This document shows, one piece after another, positions 1 through 9,316 of a stretch of 64,000 nt of DNA (position 1 is the stretch's first letter; every line of letters begins with the position of its first letter). Source of the DNA: an uncultured Verrucomicrobiota bacterium (GTDB lineage: Bacteria > Verrucomicrobiota > Kiritimatiellia > CAIQIC01 > Lenti-01); NCBI GenBank assembly GCA_938003985.1, contig CALKWZ010000076.1, positions 11,045-75,044 of the forward strand, given 5' to 3'. Below the pieces are notes generated by a model. It searched no databases. It was not told the origin of the DNA and was given only the letters and a program-made list of their open reading frames with translations. Position numbers and translations under genes: made by a program.

Positions 1-65
1 ATCCCTAAAGAAAACGAACCGATCCACCGCAACCGCCAACCCCCCGCCAACCACAGGAGGCTGAC

Positions 66-1265
66 ATGTTCTTCTCCGGCATTGAACCCGCACCCGCCGA
101 TCCGATCCTGGGCCTGACCGAAGCGTTCCGCAAAGATCCCCGTCCGTTCAAGGTGAACCTGGGCGTGGGCGTGTTCGTGGACGAGAAGGGCACGACGCCC
201 GTGCTTGAATGCATCAAGCGCGCCGAGCGCCTGCTGTGGGAAACGGAGAAGTCCAAGGGCTACATGCCCATTTCCGGCCCGGCCGAATTCGGCGAGGCGG
301 TGGCCAAGCTGGTGTTCGGGGCCGACTTCCACGGGCTGGCGCTGAACGCCGTCGCCGCGGCGCAGACGCCCGGCGGCACCGGCGCCCTGCGCATCGGCGC
401 GGAATTCCTCAAGACTTTCCGGCCGGGCGGCACCGTCTGGATGCCCGATCCGACCTGGGACAACCACAAGAGCGTGTTCGGCGCCGCGGGCTGTCCCGTG
501 AAGTTCTATCCCTACTACGACGCCGCGCGGCGCGGCGTGGACGTCGACGCGATGGTCGCGGCGCTGGCGACGGTTCCGGCGGGCGACGTCGTGCTGCTGC
601 ACGTGTGCTGCCACAATCCGACGGGCGCGGACGTCGACGCGGCCGGCTGGGCGCGCGTGGCCGACGCGGCGGCGCGGGCCGGCTGGTTCCCGTTCTTCGA
701 TTTCGCCTACCAGGGCTTCGGCGACGGCGTCGCCGAGGACCGCGCGGGCCTGCGCACGGTGCTGCAGAAGGTGCCGGAAGCGCTGGTGGCCTCGTCGTTC
801 TCGAAGAACATGGGCCTCTACGGCGAGCGCGTGGGCGCGCTGCTGCTGGTGGCCGAGAGCGCCCAGGCGGCGGGCGCGGCCTTCTCGCAGATCAAGCGGA
901 TCGTCCGCACGGTCTATTCCAACCCGCCCAAGCACGGCGGCGCCTTGGCCCGCATGGTGCTGGACGACGCCGAGTTGCGCGAACTCTGGCTGCAGGAAGT
1001 CGAGGCCATGCGCGCGCGCATCGCCGGCAACCGCCAGCTGCTGGTGGACGGCCTGGCCCAGCGCAAGACGGGCATGGATTTCTCGTTCATCGTCCGCCAG
1101 AAGGGGATGTTCTCCTACAGCGGGCTGAGCGACGCCCAGGTGGAATTCCTGCGCGAGCAGAAGGCGATCTACATGGTCAAGGGCGGCCGCATCAACGTGG
1201 CCGGGCTCCTGCCCGAAGCCCTCGACCACGTCTGCGATTCCATCGCCGAAAGCCTGAAGCTCTAG
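66..1265 (+). CDS. Class I PLP-dependent aspartate/aromatic amino acid aminotransferase
   Basis: 399-aa ORF. The N-terminus FSGIEPAPADPILGL..FKVNLGVGVF and the PLP-lysine motif SFSKNMGLYGERVG are AspC/TyrB family signatures. Confidence 0.9.
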   Translation: MFFSGIEPAPADPILGLTEAFRKDPRPFKVNLGVGVFVDEKGTTPVLECIKRAERLLWETEKSKGYMPISGPAEFGEAVAKLVFGADFHGLALNAVAAAQTPGGTGALRIGAEFLKTFRPGGTVWMPDPTWDNHKSVFGAAGCPVKFYPYYDAARRGVDVDAMVAALATVPAGDVVLLHVCCHNPTGADVDAAGWARVADAAARAGWFPFFDFAYQGFGDGVAEDRAGLRTVLQKVPEALVASSFSKNMGLYGERVGALLLVAESAQAAGAAFSQIKRIVRTVYSNPPKHGGALARMVLDDAELRELWLQEVEAMRARIAGNRQLLVDGLAQRKTGMDFSFIVRQKGMFSYSGLSDAQVEFLREQKAIYMVKGGRINVAGLLPEALDHVCDSIAESLKL

Positions 1266-1389
1266 CCGCGGGCCGGACAGGCGGATCCGTCCAAATCGGG
1301 GGTTGCGCGGGCGGGGGGGGACGGAGTATGATCCGACCCAAATCATAAACCTGCGGTGCGGGGTCGCGCCGTCGAACGAAGGAGAAGCG

Positions 1390-2178
1390 ATGATGAGTCT
1401 GCGAAAGATGTTGTGGGTCGCGACGGCGCTGGGCGTTCTGGCAGGGGCGGCGTGGGCGGATCCGATGCGCACGGTGTTCACCAAGGAAAACAAATTCCCC
1501 GGGGCCCTGAAACCCGAACTCTCGCTGGCCGGCGGCGGTTCGTCGTTCGAAGTGGAAGGCGCCGACGCGGATATCGAGCGCTACTTCGTGACGCCGGGCG
1601 TGCGTTTCGGCCTGACCGACCGCCTGACCCTGCTGGCGGCGGTGCCGTACGCCGGGTACTCCGACGAGGATCTCGACGAAAGCGGCCTCGGCGACGTCGA
1701 AATCGGCACGGAATTCCTGTTCTACGAAGACATCTTCGAATACGCCTGGATCATTCCGCACGCGACGGCCATCCTCTCCACGGGCGACGAGGACAAGGGC
1801 CTGGGCGCGGGCGAAGGCCAAGGGCGCTTCGGCATTTCCGTGGGCACGACGATGCACGACGTCCTGCATTGGGCCGTGGACGTCAGCTACACGCTCAACG
1901 GCGCCGCGGCGGAAGAACCGGCGATCGACGACGACCGCGACAATCTGGTGGCCGGCGCGCTGTCGCTGATCTGGGATCTCGACGAGCGGTCGAGCATCCT
2001 CGGCGAAGTGCAGGTCCGGGACGATGCCGCGGATCCGGACGACGACTTCGCGATGCGCGGCCATCTGGGCTTGGCCTATCGGATCAACAAGAGCCTGAGC
2101 ATCATGGGCTATCTCGGCGGCTCGGATGGCCTCGAGGAAGACTACTACGGCATGGGCCGGCTGGTCGCCCAGTTCTAG
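1390..2178 (+). CDS. Outer-membrane beta-barrel protein (MetA-pathway/transport-type barrel-like)
   Basis: ATGATG start at 1390 follows AAGGAG. Signal peptide MMSLRKMLWVATALGVLAGAAWA. Alternating strand pattern with acidic loops and a C-terminal ..GRLVAQF ending in Phe. The upstream part of the tracked ORF (from 1303) is rejected. Confidence 0.6.
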   Translation: MMSLRKMLWVATALGVLAGAAWADPMRTVFTKENKFPGALKPELSLAGGGSSFEVEGADADIERYFVTPGVRFGLTDRLTLLAAVPYAGYSDEDLDESGLGDVEIGTEFLFYEDIFEYAWIIPHATAILSTGDEDKGLGAGEGQGRFGISVGTTMHDVLHWAVDVSYTLNGAAAEEPAIDDDRDNLVAGALSLIWDLDERSSILGEVQVRDDAADPDDDFAMRGHLGLAYRINKSLSIMGYLGGSDGLEEDYYGMGRLVAQF

Positions 2179-2270
2179 ACCCCCGCGGCCCTTTGGCCGT
2201 CTTCGCGAACCGGTTTTGGCGACAAAACCGGTTCTTTTACCATCCGGCCCCGGCCGGGAAACGGTGCAGC

Positions 2271-3719
2271 ATGGACATTCGGTTGGACGACATCGGGCGG
2301 CAGTTCCCGCCGCACTGGGACGAAGCCCAGGCGGCGCGCGGCAAGACGGCCTTCTTCAAGGCCCTGGCGCTGGAGGCGCACCGCTTCTACGGCGGCAAGA
2401 TCCAGATCCTGCCGCGGGCGCCGCTGCCGGGGTTCCAGTGGTTCAACGCCTGGTACACGCCCGGAGTGTCGGCCGTGTCCACGGGCATCCGGGACAATCC
2501 GGACGAGTCCTTCGAGCTGTCGTGGCGCGGCAACGTCGTGGCGGTGGTCAGCGATTCCACGCGGGTGCTGGGCGACGGCGACGTGTCGCCGCCCGGCGGC
2601 CTCGGCGTCATGGAGGGCAAGGCCTTCCTGATGAAGGTGCTGGGCGGGGTGGACGCGGTGCCGATCTGCATGGACAGCCGCGACGCCGCGGGCCGGCACG
2701 ATCCGGAAATCCTGATCGATTTCGTGCGCCGCCTGACGCCGTCGTTCGGCGCGGTGAATCTCGAAGACATCAGCCAGCCCAACTGCTTCCGGGTGCTCGA
2801 CGCGCTGCGGGAAAGCTGCGACGTGCCGGTTTGGCACGACGACGCGCAGGGCACGGGCTGCGTGACCCTGGCGGGCCTGCTCAATGCCTTGAAAGTGGCC
2901 GGCAAGGAACTGGCGCAGTGCCGCCTCGTCTTTTTCGGCGCGGGGGCGTCGAACACCACCATCGCGCGCCTGATCCTGCAGGCGGGGGCCGACCCGGCCC
3001 GGGTGGCCATGTTCGACTCCCGCGGCGGGCTGCACGCCGGCCGCGCGGACGTCGCCGCCGACCCGCGCTTCTACCGCAAGTGGGAAATCTGCCAAACGAC
3101 CAATCCGGACCGGATCGCCGACATGGCGACGGCCCTGAAAGGCGCCGACGTGCTGATTTCGCTCTCGCAGCCCGGACCGGACGTGATCCGGCCGGAATGG
3201 GTGCGCGGCATGGCCAAGAACGCCATCGTGTTCGCCTGCGCGAACCCCGTGCCGGAAATCTATCCGCACGCGGCGAAGGCGGCGGGGGCCCTGGTGGTGG
3301 CGACGGGCCGCGGCGATTTTCCCAACCAGGTCAACAATTCGCTCGGGTTTCCCGGGATCCTCAAGGGCGCGCTGCTGGTGCGCGCGCGGAAGATCACCGA
3401 CGCGATGGCCATCGCCGCGGCCAAGACGATCGCGGGCTACGCGGAGCGGCAGGGACTGGCGCCGGACCGCATCATGCCGCTGATGACCGACGACGGGGTG
3501 TTCTCCGAGACCGCGGCGGCCGTGGCGCGGCAGGCCGCGCGCGACGGCGTGGCGCGGCGGGAACGATCCCCGGCAGAGGTGGAGGCGCGCGCCCGCAAGG
3601 ACATCGCGGAGGCGCATCGGGCGCTGGAATTCCTGGCGACGTCGGGGCTGATCCCGCCGCCGCCGGAAGACATGATCCGCCGCTGCCTGGAAGCCGCGAT
3701 CGCCGCGGTGGGCCGCTAG
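2271..3719 (+). CDS. NAD(P)-dependent malic enzyme
   Basis: Real start is MDIRLDD at 2271, inside tracked ORF 1356..3719. Motifs VAVVSDSTRVLGDGDV, GVMEGKAFLMK, FGAVNLEDIS and Rossmann FFGAGASN. Confidence 0.85.
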   Translation: MDIRLDDIGRQFPPHWDEAQAARGKTAFFKALALEAHRFYGGKIQILPRAPLPGFQWFNAWYTPGVSAVSTGIRDNPDESFELSWRGNVVAVVSDSTRVLGDGDVSPPGGLGVMEGKAFLMKVLGGVDAVPICMDSRDAAGRHDPEILIDFVRRLTPSFGAVNLEDISQPNCFRVLDALRESCDVPVWHDDAQGTGCVTLAGLLNALKVAGKELAQCRLVFFGAGASNTTIARLILQAGADPARVAMFDSRGGLHAGRADVAADPRFYRKWEICQTTNPDRIADMATALKGADVLISLSQPGPDVIRPEWVRGMAKNAIVFACANPVPEIYPHAAKAAGALVVATGRGDFPNQVNNSLGFPGILKGALLVRARKITDAMAIAAAKTIAGYAERQGLAPDRIMPLMTDDGVFSETAAAVARQAARDGVARRERSPAEVEARARKDIAEAHRALEFLATSGLIPPPPEDMIRRCLEAAIAAVGR

Positions 3720-5122
3720 CCGGCCGGAGTTTTGGCGACCACGATGCGGTTGCCGCGGGCTTCGACGATCCGGACGGGGGTGCCGGCGTCGAGGAATTCG
3801 CCGGAAGTGACGACGTCGAGCCGTTCGCCGTCGATGCGGGCGCCGCCGGCGGGATGCAAGGCGGTCAGGGCCGTGCCGGTTTTGCCGACCAGGGCGGAAG
3901 CATCGGGCGCGGCCGTGTAGCCGGCGGCGGCGGAGGTGGCCGAAGACAGGGCCAGCCGGCCGAACAGGCGGCTGCGCGGCAGGAACCGCCCCAGCAGCAG
4001 GGCGCCCGCGCCGGTGCCGACGAGCGCCACGCCGGTCTTGAAAATGGGGAGTTGCAAGTCGGTCCAGACCGGCACCCAGCTTTCGCTGCCGGGCGCGAAT
4101 CGCACCATGGCCCCGAGCAACGAGACGAACACCAGCGCGATGCCGAACAGGCCCGCGAAGCCGAAGCCGGGAATGAGGAAGATTTCCACGAGGATCAGGG
4201 CGAGGCCGACGGCGAAGAGCAGCAGGTCTTCCATGCCCGCCAGACCGGCGATGTGGTGGCCCCAGAAGAACAGGGCCAGGCAGGCCGCGCCGAGGATGCC
4301 CGGCAGGCCGAAGCCGGGCGTCTTGAATTCGATGTAGAGGCCGAGGAAGCCGATGATCATCAGGATCGGCGCGGCGCCGGCGACCAGGCGCGCGATCTTT
4401 TCCGTGGACGTGATTTCCAGTTCGACGAGCGGATGGCCGGCGAGGCCCAGCTGCCGCAGCACGGCGGCCACGTCGGCGGCGGTGCCGGCGGAGAGTAGCG
4501 GCCGGCCGTCTTTGCCGGGCCGGGCGGCTTCTTCGGCGGTGAGGGTCAACAGGCGGCCGGCGGGGCTGATGACCTCGTCGCCGATCTTGTATTCCAGTTC
4601 GCGGCGCACCATTTTTTCGGCCAGTTCGGGATCGTGGCCGGCGTTCTGCGCGGCGGAGCGGACGAGCGCGGCGACGGCGGAAACGGCCTTTTCCTCGAGG
4701 CCTTCGGACATTTCCTGCACCCCGCCGAACGGCGTCATCAGGATCGGCAGCGCATCGCCGATGACCGAACCGGGGGCCATGAAGATGCCTTTCGTGGCCA
4801 GGGCGATGATGGCGCCGGCGGAGAAGGCGTCCTTTTCGACGAAGGTGTAGACGGGCGGTTGCGCGCGCTGGATGGAGCGGACGATGTCGCCGGCGGCGTC
4901 CAGCGTGCCGCCGGGGGTGTCCATGACCAGAACGATGGCGGCGGCGTTCCGGCGTTCGGCTTCGGCGATGCCGCGGCGCAGCACGTAGAGCAGGGCGCCT
5001 TCGATCTGGCCGCGGACGGGCACGACGTAGACCGGGGCGTCCGGCGCGGGAGCCGGCGGCGCCGCGCGCACCGGCGCGGCTGAAACGAAAAGCGCGGCCA
5101 GCAACGGAAGAACGGTTTTCAT
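3716..5122 (-). CDS. NfeD-family membrane-bound ClpP-class serine protease
   Basis: Signal peptide MKTVLPLLAALFVSAAPVRA (start taken at 5122; an alternative upstream start at 5158 exists). ClpP-like segment VLVMDTPGGTLDAAGDI, a multi-TM middle region, and a C-terminal NfeD OB-fold (..HPAGGARIDGERLDVVTSGEFLDAGTPVRIVEARGNRIVV). Confidence 0.75.
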   Translation of the reverse strand: MKTVLPLLAALFVSAAPVRAAPPAPAPDAPVYVVPVRGQIEGALLYVLRRGIAEAERRNAAAIVLVMDTPGGTLDAAGDIVRSIQRAQPPVYTFVEKDAFSAGAIIALATKGIFMAPGSVIGDALPILMTPFGGVQEMSEGLEEKAVSAVAALVRSAAQNAGHDPELAEKMVRRELEYKIGDEVISPAGRLLTLTAEEAARPGKDGRPLLSAGTAADVAAVLRQLGLAGHPLVELEITSTEKIARLVAGAAPILMIIGFLGLYIEFKTPGFGLPGILGAACLALFFWGHHIAGLAGMEDLLLFAVGLALILVEIFLIPGFGFAGLFGIALVFVSLLGAMVRFAPGSESWVPVWTDLQLPIFKTGVALVGTGAGALLLGRFLPRSRLFGRLALSSATSAAAGYTAAPDASALVGKTGTALTALHPAGGARIDGERLDVVTSGEFLDAGTPVRIVEARGNRIVVAKTPAG

Positions 5123-5174
5123 GCGGACCAGCATAAAGCCGAAGGCCGGGGATTTCAACGGCCGATGTGTCTCT

Positions 5175-5468
5175 TCAGCCGTTGTTGGCTTCGAGGCCGC
5201 GTTCGAGGCGGTCCATGAGGGCGCCGGAGGCGCAGTCCTTGCGGCGCATGAGGCGCGCGCCGCGGGTGACGTTGCACAGGGAGCCGCCGATGCGCCGGGC
5301 GATCTCGCGCTGGGGCAGGCCGGCGCGCAGCAGGCGCAGGATGGTCCAGCGCTTGAGCAGCGCGACGTATTCGGAGCGGGTCAGGATGTCGGCGAGGACC
5401 CGGCGCATTTCGGCGGGATCGTCGATGGCGCAGAGGGCCTGGAGGAGCTGGGTTTCTTCGTTTTTCAT
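5175..5468 (-). CDS. TrpR/YerC-YecD family small HTH protein
   Basis: Only the last 97 codons of tracked ORF 5175..6965 look real (MKNEETQLLQAL..RSEYVALLKRWTILRLLRAGLPQREIARRIGGSLCNVTRGARLM). The ATG overlaps the msbA stop as ATGA. Confidence 0.7.
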   Translation of the reverse strand: MKNEETQLLQALCAIDDPAEMRRVLADILTRSEYVALLKRWTILRLLRAGLPQREIARRIGGSLCNVTRGARLMRRKDCASGALMDRLERGLEANNG

Positions 5469-7309
5469 GGGGCGGAAACGCCGGCGTCGGGCGCCTGGTT
5501 TTCGAATTGCATGCGGTAGAGCCGTTCGTAGATGCCGCCGCGGGCGAGGAGCTCCGCGTGGCGGCCGCGTTCGGCGATGCGGCCCCGGTCGAGCACGAGG
5601 ATCTGGTCGGCGCGCTGGATGGTGGAGAGGCGGTGGGCGATGGCGAAGACGGTGCGGCCCTGCATGGCCTCGTTGAGCGCGAGCTGGACGGCGCGCTCGG
5701 ATTCGGTGTCGAGGGCGCTGGTGGCTTCGTCGAGGATCAGGATGGGCGGATTGCGCAGGAGGGCGCGGGCGATGGCGAGGCGCTGGCGCTGGCCGCCGGA
5801 GAGCAGCAGGCCGCGTTCGGCGATGACCGTGTCGTAGCCCTGGGGCATGGCCTGGATGAAGTCGTGGGCGTGGGCTTTTTTCGCGGCCGCGACGACCTGC
5901 TCGCGGGTGGCGCCGGGTTCGCCGTAGGCGACGTTGTGGAACACCGTGTCGTTGAAGAGAATGGTCTCCTGCGTCACGAGTCCGATGTGGCGGCGCAGGC
6001 TTTCGAGGGTGAACTCGCGCAGGTCGCGGCCGTCGAGGCGCACGTGGCCGGCGACGGGATCGAAGAAGCGCGGCAGCAGATTGACCAGCGTGGTTTTGCC
6101 GGAGCCGGAGCCGCCGACGAGCGCGACGAGCTCGCCCGAGCGCGCGGCGAAGTCGATGCCGTCGAGCACTTGCGGTTTGCCGGCGCCGTAGGTGAACGAC
6201 ACGCCCTCGTAGCGGATTTCGGAAATGGGGCCGGCCAAGGGGCCGGCGCCGGGCAGGTCGGCGACGTTGTCGACCATGTCGAGGATGGCGAAGATGCGTT
6301 CCGCCGCCGCGCTGGACTGCTGGACGACGAGATGGACGCGGGAGAGCTTCTTGACGGGGTCGTACATCAGCACCATCGAGCCGAGGAACAGGATGATGTC
6401 GGAGAGTTCCAGCCCGGCGTGGCGGGAGTAGAGCAGGATGGCGCAGGCGGCCAGGACCGAGAAGAATTCCATGAGCGGATTGATCGCGGCCTTGGAGGCG
6501 GTGATCTTGATCTGCCGGCGGAAGAAATCGAAGCTGTGCTTCTCGAAGCGGGCCTGTTCGCGGTCCTCGGTGCCGAAGGCCTTGACGATGGCGGCGCCGC
6601 CGATGGCTTCCTGCTGGATGCTGGCGAGGTCGGCGATGCGCTCCTGGCCGGCCTTGGAGTGGCGGCGGACGCGCTTGCCGAAGACGGCGATGGGCAGCAG
6701 GCAGACCGGGAAGACCGCCAGGCTGATCGCGGCGAGGCGCAGGTCGATGAAGAACAGATAGGTGGCCGCCCCGAGCAGGACGAACGGCTGCTGGACGAGG
6801 TCGCAGATGACTTCGGTGATGCCGCGCTCGATGAGCTGGGTGTCGTTGAGCGTGCGCGACATCAGCTCGCCCGTGCGCGACCCGGTGAAGTAGAGCATGG
6901 GCAGATGCAGGATTTTGCCGAACAGGTCGTTGCGCAGGACCATGACGACGCGCTGGGCGACCCATTCGATGAGGTACTTGCTCAGGAAGAACGTGGCGCC
7001 GCGCAGCGCGATGAACAGCAGCAGCACCGCGAGCACGGCCACGGTCAGCAAGAGGTCGTGGTCCAGGTTGCCGCCGTACCAGCTCTGGAGCCAGGCGTCG
7101 GCCGATTCCTGCAGGCGCGTGGCGCGGCCGCCGAACACCTGCGCCATGCCGCCCTTGGCGGAGAACAGCAGGCCGAACACCGACCCGCCGAACAGCATGC
7201 CGAAGACCACGGCCAGCGCGAGCCGCCCGGCGTACGGCCGGGTGCGGGCGAGCAGCCGCAGATAGATCCGTTTTTCCTGGGCCGTCAGCTTGCGCGATTT
7301 GTCGCTCAT
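5465..7309 (-). CDS. msbA: MsbA-like ABC exporter (fused permease/ATPase, lipid A/lipid flippase type)
   Basis: 614 aa. N-terminal 6-TM domain, Walker A GGSGSGKTT, signature LSGGQRQR and Walker B ILILDEATSALD. Confidence 0.85.
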   Translation of the reverse strand: MSDKSRKLTAQEKRIYLRLLARTRPYAGRLALAVVFGMLFGGSVFGLLFSAKGGMAQVFGGRATRLQESADAWLQSWYGGNLDHDLLLTVAVLAVLLLFIALRGATFFLSKYLIEWVAQRVVMVLRNDLFGKILHLPMLYFTGSRTGELMSRTLNDTQLIERGITEVICDLVQQPFVLLGAATYLFFIDLRLAAISLAVFPVCLLPIAVFGKRVRRHSKAGQERIADLASIQQEAIGGAAIVKAFGTEDREQARFEKHSFDFFRRQIKITASKAAINPLMEFFSVLAACAILLYSRHAGLELSDIILFLGSMVLMYDPVKKLSRVHLVVQQSSAAAERIFAILDMVDNVADLPGAGPLAGPISEIRYEGVSFTYGAGKPQVLDGIDFAARSGELVALVGGSGSGKTTLVNLLPRFFDPVAGHVRLDGRDLREFTLESLRRHIGLVTQETILFNDTVFHNVAYGEPGATREQVVAAAKKAHAHDFIQAMPQGYDTVIAERGLLLSGGQRQRLAIARALLRNPPILILDEATSALDTESERAVQLALNEAMQGRTVFAIAHRLSTIQRADQILVLDRGRIAERGRHAELLARGGIYERLYRMQFENQAPDAGVSAP

Positions 7310-8232
7310 GCGCCGAGGCTTTCCAGGTAGTGCATGGCTTCGATGGCGGCGCGGCAGCCCTCGCCGGCCGCGGTCACGGCCTGGCGGTAGCGCGAATCGG
7401 CGACGTCGCCCGCGACGAACACGCCCGGCAGCGGCGTGCGGACGCCCGTGGCGACCAGGTAGCCGTTCGGATCCGTCTCCAACACGCCCGCGAAGGGCGC
7501 GCTGGCCGGCACGAGGCCGATGGCCACGAACAGCGCGCCGACCTCGAGGAGGCTTTCCGCGTTCGTCTTCACGTCGCGCAGCTTCAGGGCCGTCAGTTTG
7601 CCCTGCGCGGGATCGACGAGCGCGGCGACGACGGAATTCCAGTGCACTTCGATCTTGGCGTTCGCGAGCACGCGTTCGGCCATGATCTTCGAGGCGCGGA
7701 AGGCGTCGCGGCGGTGGATGAGATGGACGCGGGAAGCGAAGCGGGTCAGGAAGAGGGCTTCTTCCATGGCGGTGTCGCCGCCGCCGACGACGGCGATGGG
7801 CTGGCCGCGGTGGAACGCGCCGTCGCAGGTCGCGCAGTAGGACAGGCCGTGGCCGGCCAGTTCCGCTTCGCCGGGCAGGCCCAGCGGCCGGTGGCCGGCG
7901 CCGGTGGCGATGATCAGGGCGTCCGCGCGCAGCGCCGAACCGTCGGCGAATGTCAGGTCCGCGCCGCCGCCGGCGGCGGGGACGAACTGGACGACTTCGG
8001 CGCCCTGGAAGCGCGCGCCGAAACGCTCGGCCTGCTTGCGCATGGTGTCCATCAGCTCGTAGCCGGGGATGCCGTCGGGAAAGCCGGGATAGTTCTCGAT
8101 GAGCGGGGTGGTGACGAGCGGGCCGCCGGGGGCGGGGCCGTCGAGGACGAGCGGGGCCAGGCCCGCGCGCGCCGCGTAGATGGCGGCGGTCAGGCCGGCC
8201 GGGCCGGAGCCGAGGATGACCAAGGATTTCAT
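7306..8232 (-). CDS. trxB: Thioredoxin-disulfide reductase
   Basis: MKSLVILGSGPAGLTAAIYAARAG (FAD site), redox-active CATCDG, GGGDTAMEEA (NADPH site). Start taken at 8232 rather than the tracked 8268. The stop overlaps the msbA start (ATGA). Confidence 0.9.
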   Translation of the reverse strand: MKSLVILGSGPAGLTAAIYAARAGLAPLVLDGPAPGGPLVTTPLIENYPGFPDGIPGYELMDTMRKQAERFGARFQGAEVVQFVPAAGGGADLTFADGSALRADALIIATGAGHRPLGLPGEAELAGHGLSYCATCDGAFHRGQPIAVVGGGDTAMEEALFLTRFASRVHLIHRRDAFRASKIMAERVLANAKIEVHWNSVVAALVDPAQGKLTALKLRDVKTNAESLLEVGALFVAIGLVPASAPFAGVLETDPNGYLVATGVRTPLPGVFVAGDVADSRYRQAVTAAGEGCRAAIEAMHYLESLGA

Positions 8233-8302
8233 GCCCGGGAAAATACCCCGCCGCGCGGCCTGCGGCAATGCGGAAATGCCGCCGCCGGCCCGCGCCGCAG
8301 CG

Positions 8303-8385
8303 TTTTTACGTACTACGTAAAACGCGCCGAAAGTTTTTACGTTCTACGTAAAAATCCGGCAAACTTTTTACGTGCTACGTAAAAA
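8303..8385. repeat. Array of three AT-rich 20-nt palindromes, TTTTTACGT-nnn-ACGTAAAA
   Basis: Read directly: tttttacgtactacgtaaaa (8303), tttttacgttctacgtaaaa (8334) and tttttacgtgctacgtaaaa (8365). Centres lie at 8313, 8344 and 8375, so the spacing is 31 bp twice. The spacers are GC-rich and unrelated. Confidence 0.85.
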
Positions 8386-8391
8386 CCGCGC

Positions 8392-9312
8392 CTAGGGGGC
8401 GGCGGGCGGGGGCGTTTCGCGGACGAAGCGGGCGATCCGGGCGGCGAGCTTGTCGTGGCCGTAGTCGAGCGGCAGGACGTGGCCGGCGGCGTGGCTCTCG
8501 GTCAGCCGCGCGGGGGCGGCGTTGGTGGCCGCGAAGAAGAAGCGGGTGGCCGCGGCATCGACGATCTGGTCGGACGGGGCGATGGCCATGTAGAGCGGCC
8601 CGCGCCACTCGGCGGCGCGCGGGCGGACGGCGTCCACGGCGGCGAAGAGGGCGCGGTAGGCGGCGCGATGGATGAATTTGTCGGTTTGGTAGTCGGCGCG
8701 GGCGGCGGGGTCGCGCAGGTCCTTGGGCAGGCGCGATTCGACGACGTCGGTGAAGACCAGCAGGCGGTCGAGGAGCGCGAACCATTGGCGCGGGGAAAGG
8801 CCGGGGCTGCGGGCGGGGGAGACCTCGACGAGCGGCGCGAGCAGGACGAGGCCGGCGATCCGGTTCGCGGGGCGCAGCGCGGCGTCGAACGCGAGGGCGC
8901 CGCCGAGGGAGTGGCCCACCAGCCAGATCGGCCGGTCGGGATTCTCCGCGCGCAGGGCGGCGATTTCGCCGTCGAGATCGGCGCGCCAGGCGGCGAGGGT
9001 GGCGTCCGCCATCCGGTCGGGGCCGCCGCCGAAGCCGGTCAGGTGCAGCGCGCGCACGGCGCAGCCCTCGGCGGCCAGCAGGGGCGCGAGCTTCGCGAAG
9101 ACGGCGGGACCGTCGGCGAAGCCGTGGACGAGCAGCAGCGCGGGCGCGCCGGCCGGATTGAGCGCGAAGGGTTCGACGGACGCATGGCCGGCGTGGCGGG
9201 CGGCGCGGGCGCGGACGTGGCGGGCGTAGAAGAAGTCGCTCGCCAGCCAGAAGATCGGCGCCGCCAGCGCGGCGGCCAGCAAACCGGTTCCCAGGCGCAG
9301 GAGCGGCGTCAC
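8392..9312 (-). CDS. Alpha/beta-fold hydrolase (lysophospholipase/esterase-like) with N-terminal TM segment
   Basis: LLVHGFADGP oxyanion region and nucleophile elbow GHSLGGALA. Hydrophobic N-terminus. Confidence 0.75.
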   Translation of the reverse strand: MTPLLRLGTGLLAAALAAPIFWLASDFFYARHVRARAARHAGHASVEPFALNPAGAPALLLVHGFADGPAVFAKLAPLLAAEGCAVRALHLTGFGGGPDRMADATLAAWRADLDGEIAALRAENPDRPIWLVGHSLGGALAFDAALRPANRIAGLVLLAPLVEVSPARSPGLSPRQWFALLDRLLVFTDVVESRLPKDLRDPAARADYQTDKFIHRAAYRALFAAVDAVRPRAAEWRGPLYMAIAPSDQIVDAAATRFFFAATNAAPARLTESHAAGHVLPLDYGHDKLAARIARFVRETPPPAAP

Positions 9313-9316
9313 GGGA

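Noticed and set aside
5175-6965. A 596-aa ORF overlapping msbA in another frame.
   Set aside because: Only the last 97 codons (5175..5468) look like a real TrpR-like protein. The rest is an Arg/Pro-rich shadow of msbA.
8303-8385. Possible CRISPR array (repeat-spacer-repeat organisation), also considered for 40366..40473.
   Set aside because: The units are only about 20 nt with spacers of about 11 nt. There are just 3-4 copies, no cas genes are present, and the repeats are self-complementary AT-rich palindromes. This is inconsistent with CRISPR.
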